From Macrostomum lignano (lineage: Eukaryota), in contig NIVC01002448.1 of NCBI GenBank assembly GCA_002269645.1, positions 14,304 to 78,303 of the forward strand: a DNA stretch of 64,000 nt. Direction: 5' to 3'. Below, one piece after another: positions 1 to 13,480 of the stretch. Below the pieces are notes generated by a model, which saw only the letters and a list, made by a program, of their open reading frames with translations, did not search any database and had not been told where the DNA came from. How positions within the stretch are numbered: the first letter of the stretch is position 1; the number at the start of each line of letters is the position of its first letter. The position numbers and the translations under genes were made by a program.

Positions 1-1341
1 TTTTTGCCGCCTCTTAGACGTGGTATCCACGGGCCTAGAAAAAATAGGGGTTGGTCACGAGACAGCTTGGGGCGCCCGCAATCGGAGACAGAAGCCAACC
101 CAAGGGCGCCTAAAAAGAGACAAAAGCACTCAACAATTGAGACTTAAGGACATCCACGAAGAGACAAGAGCACTAGAGATAGAGGCCTGCACCCTGTTGC
201 AGCCTCAAGCGACGGTTGCGCCGTTGCATGGCGACTCAATCCATGCAACATAATTTTGTGCCGAGTTTTATTGCCAACAGCCGCTGCAAGAAGGTGTTGC
301 TGCTGATGCTACCATTCGAAGGCAGCAGGCATGCACACGATGTTAGGTCGCGACTGGCGGGGTCTGCCTGCTGTCTGACGCCGGCGCACTATAGCTGCAT
401 TCGTTTGGCCGCGTTACACCTGTATGTTCACAACCAGGCTCTGAGACGCGCTCTGTGACAGGTTGTGTCACAACACTACTGGGCGCAGTGTAAGGTGACA
501 AGACCATTGGGGTACCACGCGCCTTTCTAACTAAACAACAACAACCCGGCCGACAGCCAAAAATACCATTAAATATACTATATAAGCAGTTCACAAAAAA
601 CACATCACACGAACCACTATATGCTGACTGTGCAGAGTGATTGGTAACTATACTCGATAACAATTGTAATTTCTGTATCTATACGTTTCACAAAATCCAT
701 TAACCATGTGCGAAAATTTTCATGTGCGTTACGTAGTTGCAACCTGCTGGTAGGGAAACTCCTTAATCGGCAATATCTTCTTGCTACTTTACGAAGCAGC
801 ATTACATTCGAAAACCCAACCATGACCGCAGCTACTTTCTTTTTATACCTAAAAACACGGCTTCTGCCGCTGGAGATCCCTACCGATATAAACTTTGTTT
901 TAACTTGTCAAAACTTCGCAGAAATGTCGCGCCGATTCAAGCACACGATAATTATCGGTTGACATTAATTGTCACAAATAATTGGTAAACATGCATTTTG
1001 GTAAACTCATTTCAGAATTCAGATTCGATTCTGACGATTCATTTCGATTTTAATGACCAAGGTTGCAATTTCATTTGCATGAAAAACCTGTCATGTCTCG
1101 AAGCAATATGCGGCTAAGTCCCAAGGTTTGTCATTGTCAATAAGACTAGGGACAACAGATGCCAGATGGAAGGAATCCCCTAGCCCTTAACATCTGCCAC
1201 ACCCACAGCCACTACCATCTGATTCTCTCCTCTGCAACGGTCTGCGCTGCGTCCTAATTATATACTCGTACTGTCGAATACCTGCTACAATTATGTAGTA
1301 ACATTCAATGATCGCAGCTATGCAGTAGACGGTGCGGCGGT

Positions 1342-1632
1342 AATGGCTAGAGTTCCGGCACCGGAACCCGTTTTCTAACAGCTAGGGATCCGGCAGTGCC
1401 GTATAGAAGCATATAAAGACTGCTAAGAACATATCTTAAGAAGTCTGAATATTAGAAGCATCTCGTCCCGAATCTTATCATATCGTCTTAAATTTTAATC
1501 TAGAGCAAAATCTCAATATCAGGTATCAGCCACCTGTAGAAAGAAAAATATAATGTTCCATCTATATTATAATGGCACTGCAGGATCTGTAGCCATTAGA
1601 AAATGGGTTCCGGTGCCAGAACTCTAGCCATT
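1342..1632. mobile_element. MITE-like element with ~59-bp imperfect terminal inverted repeats
   Basis: 1342-1400 (aatggctagagttccggcaccggaacccgttttctaacagctagggatccggcagtgcc) is the near reverse complement of 1574-1632 (ggcactgcaggatctgtagccattagaaaatgggttccggtgccagaactctagccatt). The interior is AT-rich and non-coding. No clear TSD. Confidence 0.6.
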
Positions 1633-3888
1633 GCCCGGTGCGGCTGTGGCATCTAGCACCCGCTGCTTTAATTCATTTGTAGACAATGTAGACAAATAGC
1701 CTATTTAGACATATTTTAGGCAATCCTCTAGTTTTGCACATTTAATTATTTTTTTATAGTTTTAATAAAATTTGAAGGAAGTTTTAACGAAGTTTTAACA
1801 AGTTTAGCACTCTTAAAAAGTTTGCTAAGTGGATTGTAAGTAAAGGGGGGCTAAGCTTAAGCTTAAAAGTAAGCTTATAAAAGGTTATGGTTATAGGGTT
1901 AGGGTTTAGGGCTAGTGATTAGCAAGTTTGTTTCACCATGTTCATTTGGACTAGACTAGGCATCATAGTAGTGCACCACCTAGAAAAGTAGGCCTATATT
2001 GCCCAGGCCAAAGACCCCAAAGTGTTGTGCGAGTGGCAACAGTGCCATAGAAACTCATCTAGGTAGGTGTCAAACAGCCTTTTGGATGTGCATGCAGAAG
2101 TTTAAATATTTATTCACAACTAAAGACAGTTTTTTATAAAATAATTAAGCATATAAAATTAGAAGAGTGCTATATTATATTCATTGGCGTTGCTAGGCTG
2201 GTTTCAATTCCAACCTACTTTAACAACTGTTGACAAATGAATTTTTGGCAAAAGTCAATAAGGGCAAAAACTATTTTTGCAGTCACCATTAGCCTAAAGC
2301 AAGCCATTTTGGTGAACAATTTATTAAGAATTAAAAAATTGAAAAATGGAAGTTCTTGCTTAAACAGTCAATGTTATATAAAGTGTAAATGTAAAGGCAA
2401 TATAATAAAGTATATTTCTTTTAGTTATAGGTCCTAACCAATTATTTTATATTTAAAAAGCTTGTATACTTCAAATTTTAATAAAATTCAAAATTTTTAT
2501 TTTCAACAAGCCAGGTCTTGCCTTAGCTTTGTTAGTTTGGTCATACTCAACTCATAGTTTGAAAACTTAGTTTAATATACTATTAATTCATAATGACTTG
2601 CTTATAAAAGTGACTTATCTAAATGTCTTATTACCAAAATGACTTACCAAACTAATATAAAAAATAAGTTATAAATATATTTTTTCCTTTTAACTTTAAG
2701 TTTAATCAAGCCAAAGCCAGAGGTTAAGGTTAGCAAAATTATATAACTTTTTTCTCTATAAATATAATTATTTAATTGAATAAACCAAAATATTTTATCA
2801 TAAAAGGCCTACTTCTTTTTTACTCATAAAATATTAAAAAATTTAAGATTATTTTTAGCCTTAGGTCTAATCTTTTATGGTATATATAATATATATTCTT
2901 TGTCATAGCATTAGACCATATCATTATTTAACTAAGTGATCTATTATTAGTATTAATATTATTTTTTACAGTAGTAAGAGAATTTGGCTCAGGCAATTAG
3001 CCTGTTTGGCCAATATATTATAGAGCTATGTATTTTATTATAGAGCTATGTATTATCTAAGACCTTTTTAAATTATTGAATAATATGCTAGAAAATCATA
3101 TTCTTTTAATTTAATTTCCTAGTCTTTACATAGACTTTTTAAAAGCAAAGGGCTATATATGCCTTGTTACAATTTAGGTGAAATTGTTATAGAAGCAATA
3201 AGAGGCATCACTGCTCATTCTGCCACCCTCTCCCCTAAATAGAGATGGAAGTGCATGGAAATATACATAGTCATATGCACAGGCATACAGGACTGTACAG
3301 TAGCCCTAACTTTATCATTAGACATACTCTTCACTATGCCTTGGGGTAATTCCATTAACAGACCCAAGCTAAGATTCAAATTTGAGAGTGCTGCCCTAGA
3401 GCACTATGCTATAGCCATCCAAGGCCTGGGCTTTGAATTTATAATAAACTAGATAGCTAAACTAGGTGTTAAAGGCCAGAGGCATCTGCCATCAATATTC
3501 CTTATGTAAAAGAATACCTTTGCAGACATACCAATACAGTGTATTATTGGAAATGCTTTTGTCCTTACTGTCTCCAATCATTTAGATAATAGTCATTGAT
3601 TTGCCAGGAAGATTCCTCTGACAAAATGTTTTTCTAGTTACTATTGAAATTCTAAAGAAAATGATGAGAAATACTCTCGCATCGCTACTGACATCAGTAG
3701 TTAAATGAATTTTTTAGTGTGGCATTTTTTACTGAATCCTCCTGGCCTTCCAATTGGTTGCCAGTCAGTGCGGGGGTGGGCTGAGTGCGAACCCTCTTAC
3801 TTATTGAGCCAGCACGGGCATTGCTGACCGGAGTCCAGCTCCTCCACCGCCGCCACATCTCGCACCTCAGCCAAGCACAACCAGCCAG

Positions 3889-6800
3889 ATGTCGTCATTC
3901 ACCGTGCCAGACGGCCTGACCGAGCTGCTCCAGGACTTCACCGTGGCGGTGCTGCGGGCCCAGCCGGCCAATCTGGTCCAGTTCGCCTCCGCCTACTTCC
4001 AGCGGCTCGACCTCGGTCAGTCCTCTGAGGCCGCCGGCCCAGCCGCCGCTGCCGTCGCCTCCTCCGACTCCGCCGAGCGCCAACTGCGCCGCGAGGACTC
4101 CGGCGCTGAAATTGACGACGACGACGATCTGGCCGCCCTGCCCGACTCGGCCGCCGCTGCCCGCGTCTGCGGCGCCTGCAGCCGGCGCCGGGTGAGCGTG
4201 GCGGCGCCCTCCTTCGACCCGGAGAAGCACGAGGCCACCTACCAGCGCCGGGTGGTGCCGAAGTCCGACGAGCAGCGGCGCCGGCTCATGGAGACCGTCA
4301 AGCACATTCTGCTGTTCCGCAGCCTGGACCGAATCGGCCTGGGTCACGTGATCGACGCCATGGAGGAGAAGCCGGTGACGGCCGGCGAGGTCATCATCGA
4401 GCAAGACGGCGAGGGCGACAATTTCTATGTGATCGAGCGCGGCGTGTTTGAGGCTTTTGTGAGGGACAAGGCGAGCTCCGAGAGCCGGCATGTGCTCACC
4501 TACAATCACGAGGGCTCCTTTGGCGAGCTGGCGCTCATGTACTACTGCCCCAGGGCTGCCACGGTCATCGCCAAGACTGACGGCGTGCTCTGGTCGCTGG
4601 ACATGGAGACCTTCCAGCAGAAGGTGGGGCTCGCTTGGCTGACTCGGGTAGCGACTTGGTAGAAGTGGGAGAATTAAGGCTAATAAACAGGTAGGCAGAT
4701 AGGTAGACAGACAGTCACGCAGACAAGCCAGACAGGTAGGCAGCCAGACAGGTAGACAAGCCAGACAGGTAGACAAGCCAGACAGGTAGACAGTCAGACA
4801 GGTAGGCAACCAGACAGGTAGACAAGCCAGACAGGTAGGCAGCCAGACAGGTAGGCAGCCAGACAGGTAGGCAGCCAAACAGGTAGACAAGCCAGACAGG
4901 TAGACAAGCCAGACAGGTAGGCAGCCAGACAGGTAGACAAGCCAGACAGGTAGGCAGCCAGACAGGTAGGCAGCCAGACAAGTAGGCAACCAGACAGGTA
5001 GACAAGCCAGACAGGAAGACAAGCCAGACAGGTAGGCAGCCAAACAGGTAGACAAGCCAGACAGGTAGACAAGCCAGACAGGTAGGCAGCCAGACAGGTA
5101 GACTGACGGCAGGCTGACGGCAAGAGAAGCAATACAAGTTGCTGAGAAATATATTTTCACTCCTAATACCTCCGATTGCTTCATTACAATCGCTCCGAGT
5201 CATCTCACGAGCAGCTTAGTGGCTGGATGCACTGGGATTTCTCTCCCTACTCACATTGAGCAGCTCAATTGAGTCTGTGCGCACCGCTGCATCCGCCTCC
5301 GCTGCCCCACTCAACACGGGAGCAGATTGCTGCATAATGGGATTAAAAATACTAGATTGACTATTTGCTTTTGTCCGCATCTTTCATTGTTGTGTTGCTG
5401 GGAGTGGCTTATTTAGATAAGCTGGGAGATGTAGATGATGAGTGCAGCTGAGCACTCCACTCTCTCTGCAAGCTGAAATAGTTTAAAGAATAAAAGTACA
5501 CGGGTCCGCCCGGCCTCCCAACTGTCGCAGGTGCTCATGGCCGCCTTCAAGCACCGCAAGAAGTACGAGGCCTTCCTGTCCTCGGTGCACCTGCTGGCCG
5601 AGCTCACCCAGTACGAGCGGCAGAATGTGGCGGACGCGCTGAAGGAGCGGGAGTTCTCGGATGGCGAGCCCATCCTGCACCAGGGCGAGATCGGCAACGA
5701 GATGTTCTTTGTGGAGGAGGGCGAGGTCAAGGTGATGCGGCGCAACTCCGACAATGGCCTGGAGATGCAGGTGAGGCTGGGATGGAGATCAGATGAGGCT
5801 GGGATGGAGATGCAGGTGAGGCTGGGATGGAGATGCAGATGAGGCTGGGATGGAGATGCAGATGAGGCTGGGATGGAGATGCAGGTGAAGCTGGGATGCA
5901 GATGCAGGTAAAGCTGGGATTCAGATGCAGGTAAGGCTGGGATGCAGATGCAGGTAAGGCTGGGATGCAGATGCAGGTAAGGCTGGGATGCAGATGCAGG
6001 TGAGGCTGGGATGCAGATGCAGGTAAAGCTGGGATGGAGATGCAGGTGAGGCTGGGATGGAGATCAGGTGAGGCTGGGATGGAGATGCAGGTGAGGCTGG
6101 GATGCAGATGCAGGTAAGGCTGGGACGGAGATGCAGGTAAAGCTGGGATGCAGGTGAGGCTGGGATGCAGATGCAGGTAAAGCTGGGATGCAGATGCAGA
6201 TGAGGCTGGGATGGAGATGCAGGTGAAGCTGGGATGCAGATGCAGGTAAAGCTGGGATTCAGATGCAGGTGAGGCTGGCATGCAGATGCAGGTAAGGCTG
6301 GGATGGAGATGCTGATGCAGGTAAAGCTGGGATGCAGATGCAGGTAAAGCTGGGATGGAGATGCAGGTGAGGCTGGGATGCAGATGCAGGTAAAGCTGGG
6401 ATGCAGATGCAGGTAAAGCTGGGATGCAGATGCAGGTGAGGCTGGGATGGAGATGCAGATAAGGCTGAGATGAAGACGCAGGTGAGGCTGAGGGTGGTAA
6501 TTGGGTCTGGATTGGGTTTCCAATTTAATCATGCTCAAAAGCAATTAGTGGCAGGGTTTTTCTCTGTCTGGGATTTCGGCATTGGCACACAGATACACAC
6601 ATTTTGACACCTGCAATCAGAGGCCAGGAGGGGTAAGCATAGCTGGCCTGATTTGCAAACCGACACCTCGCTGCCACCCGCAGGTGAACCTGCTCGGCAA
6701 AGGCGATTATTTTGGCGAGCTGGCGCTCATCACCAAGGAGCCGCGCGCCGCCAGCTGCTACGCGGTTGGCCACACGAAGGTCTGCGTGCTGCACGTGTCC

Positions 6801-6929
6801 GACTTTGAGCGCCTGCTCGGACCCTGCGTGGAGGTGATGCAGCGGAACATTGACGCCTACAAGAAGCAGCTGAGCGACATCTTTGGCGACGAGGCTGGCA
6901 AAGCCGCCCTGGCCAGGGCTGCCGTGTAG
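3889..6929 (+). CDS. PRKAR2: cAMP-dependent protein kinase type II regulatory subunit (3 exons, ~406 aa)
   Basis: Exons 3889-4623, 5531-5770 and 6684-6929, all phase 0 with GT-AG. RIIa docking/dimerisation domain ([28 protein letters not shown]), RII autoinhibitory site RRVSV, and two cNMP cassettes ([15 protein letters not shown]; [15 protein letters not shown]). Confidence 0.95.
4687..5105 (+). repeat. 16-bp minisatellite (GACAGGTAGGCAGCCA/GACAGGTAGACAAGCCA-type) in PRKAR2 intron 1
   Basis: Tandem units read directly from the sequence. Confidence 0.95.
5761..6490 (+). repeat. Minisatellite (~17-24 bp, GGAGATGCAGGTGAGGCTGGGAT) derived from the exon 2/intron 2 junction of PRKAR2
   Basis: The first unit spans the real donor (GGAGATGCAG|gtgagg at 5770/5771). 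Variants repeat to ~6490. Confidence 0.9.
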
Positions 6930-9439
6930 GCCCGGCATCGGCTGCACCCAGTGACCCCCCTCTGCTACACACATTTGATACGTTATGCATCTGTCCACAG
7001 GCGTTACCTTAAAATCTCTTATGGCCCTTTTGTCAAGCGTTAGATTATTGGATTTTGTAAATTGATAAACAAATCATAGTTCGAACGTTGCTCTCATTGT
7101 TCTATCTGTGTTCCCCTTCCCCCAGTCCCAGTCTTATAAACATTCGCTTCATAAATGTAATCCCAGCTTTTGTGAGCGTTTTTTTTGAAACTCCAGTTTT
7201 GCGAGATTAAACCCCCACCTCACCGTGTGCTCACCTTCACCCGTTCTCCAGCTGTTTTGTTCCCTGGGACCGATGCCATGAATGACTGCTTACGTGCTTT
7301 TTCAGTCTTCTAGGAGGATGCATCGCAATATTGTCTATGGCCAATACTTGGCAGACTTGTCCAGACCAGTTGCCTCCACCGCATCTCGGCATCTCTTTCC
7401 ATAATGTCCTCTTGTTGAGCTTCGCTTTGGAGTTGTCTGGCAATGAGATTTGCTTGTAGGAAGGCTTGCAAAAACCGAATGGGAAGAAAGCTGACCTACC
7501 CAGAAGTCCATCATGAAATCAGTCCCTGAAGTGTATAGAGAGCCCACGGGAAGCTTCACTATCATCTTATGCTAGCTTATTTCTATGCTTAACCCAACTT
7601 AGCCATTGTCTATCGCGAGTGTGCTATTAACCTGTTCAATGTGTTTCTCTTCAACTTTGTGTTTTCATTAATATTTAAATTTGACTCGACCAACTGCCCT
7701 GACTATGGATTCTCTCACTTTTTGTGTTATTATTGTTGTTGTTTACCGACAGACAGCCTGAGCTGTTTGTTGTGTGGTCAGCGTCTTGTGTTCCAGAGCG
7801 TTTACTATCTAAATACATCTGCTAGTGTTTTCAATTTACCAACAAGTTGGCGAGCTTGACTCTGATTTTCTGCTTGACCTCGGACGGCCGAAGGTGCCAA
7901 ATTTATTGATTTGTAGCGATTGATAGCTTATGGATATTTCTTAGGGAGGTCTGTTTTAGGGATATTTTTTAGTTATTCGCTTTATTGACAGAATAACGAT
8001 AGGCTGTTTGACTGATGCGCGATGGCTAAACATGAGAGGCTGGGTCCGAAATCTCCTCCTTTGTCTGTCTTCTCTGCAACTGTAAGCTGTAATTGCAGCT
8101 CAGCGGAGCTCAAACTCCTACAGGCCTTGTTCAGTTTAGAGTTCTTCGGAGATCGGGGGACTTGGACACAGATCTGCAATTACATTCTCGCCTGAAGCCT
8201 CTGACTCTCCCTATGCTTTCGTGACCGCACAGTTCAAAGCGGCAGGTAAATCAGCAGGTGCAGCAGCGGTAATTAGGGAGTCATTCGAGGCGAAGCAAGC
8301 TGGTTTTAGAATAGGGAAAAAAGAAGATTTTCTTGTGCGCTGCTCTGCATTGTCCGAACCTGCTTCCGTCTGCTTTCTGAGCCTCCTCGAGGGCCTGCGT
8401 GATGGGGAATTAGCTGGGAGCTGCATCTGCGCACCTGGCTGAGATCCGTGACCGAGGGCTCACTGATGCCAAGACTCGGACAGGGGTAGGCTTGGTTAAT
8501 TAGCTCAGTGTAGGATACCTGCAAATTCATATCGTGCCCCCGCCAGCTTGCCACAATGCCAATTAATTATTAGTCTGAGTTGACTTCACCGATGTCTGCA
8601 CAATTTGATATTATAGGCTTTGCGTTTTTGCCATTTTGTATTGACAGCTCACTTTGTTTTTCTCTGTTTTTCTCCCTCCTAACTTTCCACGGGAATCCAG
8701 CAGTTTCGCTACCCATTCCTTAATTTTTGACAGCGATTTTGTTATTCCCTGTTTTTGCCATTTTTAGTGCGCTTTTTGTAGAAGTTTTTTTTCAGTTTGT
8801 TCTTGCTTTTGTAGCCATCCTCACCCGCGTTTAATCCGCTTTGATCTCACAATTTTCTGCTCTACAGAGCCAACTGTTGCGTGTGTGCTGCTCAATCTCA
8901 ACCTGAACTCACTGTTGCCATTGGTTACTGCTGCTGTGATAAGCTGTTGTTTGCCAGCAGATAAATATAAGAGTCCGAGCAAGCGGTGTACCCGCTAATA
9001 GCTGATATATATATACACAATATATCAATTCAGAGGCCTGTTGTTGGCTTGGCTGCTCATTTCTGTCTCACCTGGACCCGGATGCATTCTCGCTCTATTA
9101 ATAATGCAGAATCACGCCTATATGGGTTGGGCAGTTTCTTCTGATAAGCTTGCGCGGCTTAGCCATTGCTCAGTATCTGTAGCACAGGTGGACTGCATGC
9201 GGGCATCTGCGAGCACAGGCAGGCTCTGAATCTTTTTCTCTCTCTGACTGGCTCCCTGCGCAATTCGCTGCAGTGTCCTGCGTCAAGCAGCGACAGACGC
9301 TCTCCTTTTTGAGTCAGCGATTGTCGTAAACATGAGCTTGCCCAAATACACTGGCACATATCGAGTGGAATGGCGTGTGTTTAGCAGTCTGCTTTATGTG
9401 ATTCCACAGCACCCTATATTCAGTAATTCTATATATAAC

Positions 9440-10145
9440 CCCGTATTGAGTGATTTCATAACACCCTATATTGAGTGATTCCATAACACCCTATATTGAG
9501 TGATTCCATAACACCCTATATTGAGTGATTCCATAACACCCTATATTGAGTGATTCCATAACACCCTATATTGAGTGATTCCATAAAACCCTATATTGAG
9601 TGATTCATAACACCCTATATTGAGTGATTCCATAACACCCTATATTGAGTGATTTCATAACATTCCATATTGTGTGATTCCATAACACCCTATATTGAGT
9701 GATTCCATAACACCCCATATTAAGTGATTCCATAACACCCTATATTGAGTGATTCCATAACACCCCATATTAAGTGATTCCATAACACCCTATATTGAGT
9801 GATTCCATAACACCCTAGATTGAGTGATTCCATAACATTCCATATTGAGTGATTTCATAACACCCCATATTAAGTGATTCCATAACATTCCATATTGAGT
9901 GATTCCATAACACCCCATATTAAGTGATTCCATAACACCCTATATTGAGTGATTCAATAACACCCTATATTGAGTGATTTCATAACATTCCATATTGAGT
10001 GATTCCATAAAACCCTATATTGAGTGATTTCATAACATTTCATATTGTGTGATTCCATAACACCCTATATTGAGTGATTCCATAACACCCCATATGAAGT
10101 GATTCCATAACATTCCATATTGAGTGATTCCATAACACACATATT
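9440..10145 (+). repeat. 25-bp minisatellite (ATAACACCCTATATTGAGTGATTCC)
   Basis: About 28 contiguous units with no spacers. Confidence 0.95.
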
Positions 10146-10829
10146 GATTGAGCGTAATTTTTTGAGTATCTTGACGCTCTCCGCCACTAACATTTTACAG
10201 AATTTATGTTAGCTAGCTTGATATAAAGCGAAATTGACGATTTAGCGCCAATTAAATCTAATAAACACGAGCTTTTTGAATAGAATTTTGAGCCAATTTC
10301 ACCCACGGGCTAAATTACGTGGAGTACCTGCGCAAATACAATTTGCGACGCACATGTACCATGAGCTGTGATCTAATGACAGCCCATTTTTTAATAGAAT
10401 TTTGGCCTGACAGAATATAGTACGGTAACAAATATTTTGCTAATTTAATTTAAATTTTCGGCTTCAGTGAAGACTGTTACTCGATATACGCTCGTAATAC
10501 GATTTCTCAATAAAAAATGTGTCTACATAGAAGGACCCTTTGAAGTGTTTTGAGCTAAAATTAATTCTGTATCTTGTGATTAGACTTCTTTGATGTTATG
10601 TGGGCTGCAACGACGCAAAGAAAATCAGACGAAGAGAGAAGCGATCTAATCAGCTCTTGCGCTGACCAGTTTGTAAAGCAACCGATCGAGGGGCTGGGGC
10701 TGAGCTGAGTCGCAATAGCCTGCAAGTCAGTCAATCAGTCAATCAGGGGCGGCATCTTCAGGTTGTCACGTGCGGTTGAATTGAAGACATTTTTGAGCAG
10801 ACGGGCCTGAGTCCTCCTGTCGGAGATAA

Positions 10830-11030
10830 TGGTTGTCAGGGCTCAAGCCTTAACACAAGGGAGCCGAGGTGACGGAAGTCGTCACACACTTTGACGGTTG
10901 TTTCCATTCGGCAGAGCCAGCACCGACGAAGTCGCAGTGCCCACGTGGAGCCACACCTCAGTCTTGGACGCCTTCGTGGAGCCTTGAGAGAGCATGTTGA
11001 GCAGCCGGAACGCAGCACAGAAGGCCGGGC
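10830..11030 (-). mobile_element. Degraded fragment of a non-LTR (RTE-like) reverse transcriptase
   Basis: Across one frameshift it reads AAFRLLNMLSQG..ASKTEVWLHVGTATSSVLALPNG/ETTVKVCDDFRHLGSLV. This aligns by eye with AAQHALTQLSEEG..AGKTEVLHVGADNAPPLTLPNGEAISTCSDFRYLGTLV in the LINE at 50340-51308. Confidence 0.65.
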
Positions 11031-13085
11031 CTAATAAAGGGTTTTTGGGCTGCACTAAACTCTCTAAGATGTACGTATTTTACGTGAGAGCAGCTCCGGT
11101 GTCTACATACATTACCGCCATCATAGATGCAAATAAAAAGGCAAATTATTTTTTAACAGAGATGGTAAGCAAATGAAGAATCCGTGACTTCATCTGATGT
11201 ACGGGTACACAGAATGGACCTTGCTCCCCTAACCCGACATCAACTGGCCCAAGAGGTAGTGGTTGGGGCACCCATCAAGAGTCAGTGGCGCCTACCAAGA
11301 CACCAAATATTGGGACCCTTTAGGGTTGCGAGGTCTCTAGTTACCTATTAAATTCCTACGTACGCCATTGCGCTTGTTGTGAGACTTTCAGCATCAGTAG
11401 CTCTCCACCACGTTGTACTTTCCAGAGCTTCGGACTCACTGTCAATTCCTGTTTGGTCCAAAAAGCCATCCCAGCACGCCACAAAATTAAACAAAATCGA
11501 TGCATAAACACGCTGGGAAGTGCATACTTGGCTCGTTGCAGCTTAATAACGAAATGTCGTGTTTGACATTCCGTGTTGGACGGACACCAAGGCTTATACT
11601 CAAGCAGACAGCTAGAAATGCAGAAGACCGCTCAGAGCAGCTCAGCAGTAAATGCGTCTGACACGTCGGTAAAAACCACTTTCGATTCCGTGTGCGGCCC
11701 AAATTCATGTGGTTCTTGTGCACAAAAATTTGCCGGAGGTTGTCGAGCGATTGACAGCCACAATGAGGGCCAACCCCCAGGACACAGAGAGTGTACATGC
11801 TTGACAAAGAGAAGGCCAGGGCCGCCGTACACCTGTGAGAGGGTGTGCATTATTGTAATGTGCTATGTGCCTGCGTCCAGTGTTGGCGTACTTGCATGTG
11901 CTCACAGTCGTTTCATAATTATTTTACCATTATTTTACAGGCAGGACAGGTTGAAAATGCAGACAGATGGAAATACAGGAAATTTGAAATGCAGACAGGT
12001 GGAAAGTCAGACAGCTGTAGAAGCAATTTTGCAATTTCGGCCTGCAAATTATCAGGAAAATCGAGGCATACAAAAGGAAATATAAAAGATGGGGATGCAG
12101 GTGGGCCAGTCCGGCTGCTGACAAAAAAGCGTCTGTCCGAGTGTGTTGCGGGTTTAATTAAAAAATCGGGGCTTGTCAGGAAACTCAGTATACCTCTCTC
12201 TTGTTCAGTCCGTGTGTGCTGGGCGAGCCATGGCCGAGTGAAACGTGACAGCTCAACCTGGTTGACAGTCAAGCCAACTCTAAGCACGAGTTTGAGCATT
12301 CAAATTTCAATTGAGAAGTTTGCATTATGGACCTCCCACAAGACACACCGCCACAGTTCACAGTGTGAGGCCTCTTCTTCTTTAACCCCTCTACTCTCTC
12401 TGCAGGTGGATTGTTTGCTCAGCGCGAGCTCAAAACTCTTCTACACTTTCTCCTCTTCTTTACGGTTTTTCTTGCCGAGAAAACAGGGTCGACACGTTTT
12501 TCACTAAGAAAAGCGTCCCGGCGCGTGTGAGCAGTTTGCCAGCAGAACTGAGCCTAAATACACTCGGCTGGTGAGGAGGGAAGCCTCGGTTGAGTTCTTT
12601 ATAGCGTTTGGTAAAAAAAGAAACTTGAGAGAGCGGAAGTCGGGCGGCAGTGGCTGAAAACTGCAGCCTCGATGCTGCCTTGAGCTGAGCAGCCCCAGAG
12701 GAAGAAAGCAGGAAGAGGAGGCAGGGGTTCAAGAATACTCGTATGAGCATATACGCTTACCAAATATATGATCGGAAGGCTGATACGACGGTGCACAGTG
12801 GATGAAGGCAGAGTATAGAATTGCTATTGAACTTGCATGAACTATATGCGGGTCTCCGAGGCTGATGGGCCTGCCAGAACAATCGTGATTGATTCGTCTG
12901 GCCGCAACTCCAGGAAATGTCGTATACTGCAGGTAACAAAGGTGGAAGATTACCGATCCCGGCGGCAACAAGCCTGAGCAAACAATGGCTAGCAGGTCTG
13001 ACGGAGATTCGAGTAATGTTGAGACATGATTAAATGGGCAGAACAGACTGAGTCTGGGAACTTTTAACTGTTTTGAGCTTTTGGA

Positions 13086-13480
13086 GTGACAGCTCGGGGT
13101 GACAGCTCGGGGTGACAGCTCAGGGTGACAGCTCAGGGTGACATCTCGGGGTGACATCTCGGGGTGACAGCTCGGGGTGACATCTCGGGGTGACATCTCG
13201 GGGTGACATCTCGGGGTGACATCTCGGGGTGACATCTCGGGGTGACATCTCGGGGTGACATCTCGGGGTGACAGCTCGGGGTGACAGCTCAGGGTGACAG
13301 CTCAGGGTGACAGCTCAGGGTGACAGCTCAGGGTGACAGCTCAGGGTGACAGCTCAGGGTGACAGCTCAGGATGACAGCTCAGGGTGACAGCTCAGGGTG
13401 ACAGCTTACTGTGACAGCTTAGGGTGACAGCTCAGGGTGACAGCTTAGGGTGGCAGCTCACGGTGACAGCTTAGGGCGAC
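13086..13480 (+). repeat. 13-bp minisatellite (GGTGACAGCTCAG / GGTGACATCTCGG blocks)
   Basis: Direct reading; the two unit variants occur in blocks. Confidence 0.95.

Noticed and set aside
20-962. Short ORFs at the window start
   Set aside because: No recognisable motifs. They may be terminal exons or UTR of a minus-strand gene, but no consistent model could be built.
1893-1912. Telomere-like TTAGGG units
   Set aside because: Only two to three degenerate units, which is too few to call an interstitial telomere.
4687-5105. Zelda (CAGGTAG) binding-site cluster
   Set aside because: Zelda is arthropod-restricted, nothing here indicates an insect genome, and the motif is explained by the repeat unit.
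7200-9360. GC-richer patches with short ORFs
   Set aside because: I found no phase-consistent exon chain or known motif.
9440-10145. CRISPR-like appearance of 25-41 bp repeat arrays (also 30452, 32935, 44490, 53985)
   Set aside because: The units are contiguous with no unique spacers, there are no cas genes, and the context is eukaryotic.
11400-12800. Possible decayed Ty3/gypsy gag/RNase H (RRGESVEEF, VVFTDVSDAF on the minus strand) or a small Cys-rich + strand exon
   Set aside because: The motifs are too short, scattered across frames and mutually inconsistent. They cannot be supported without a search.
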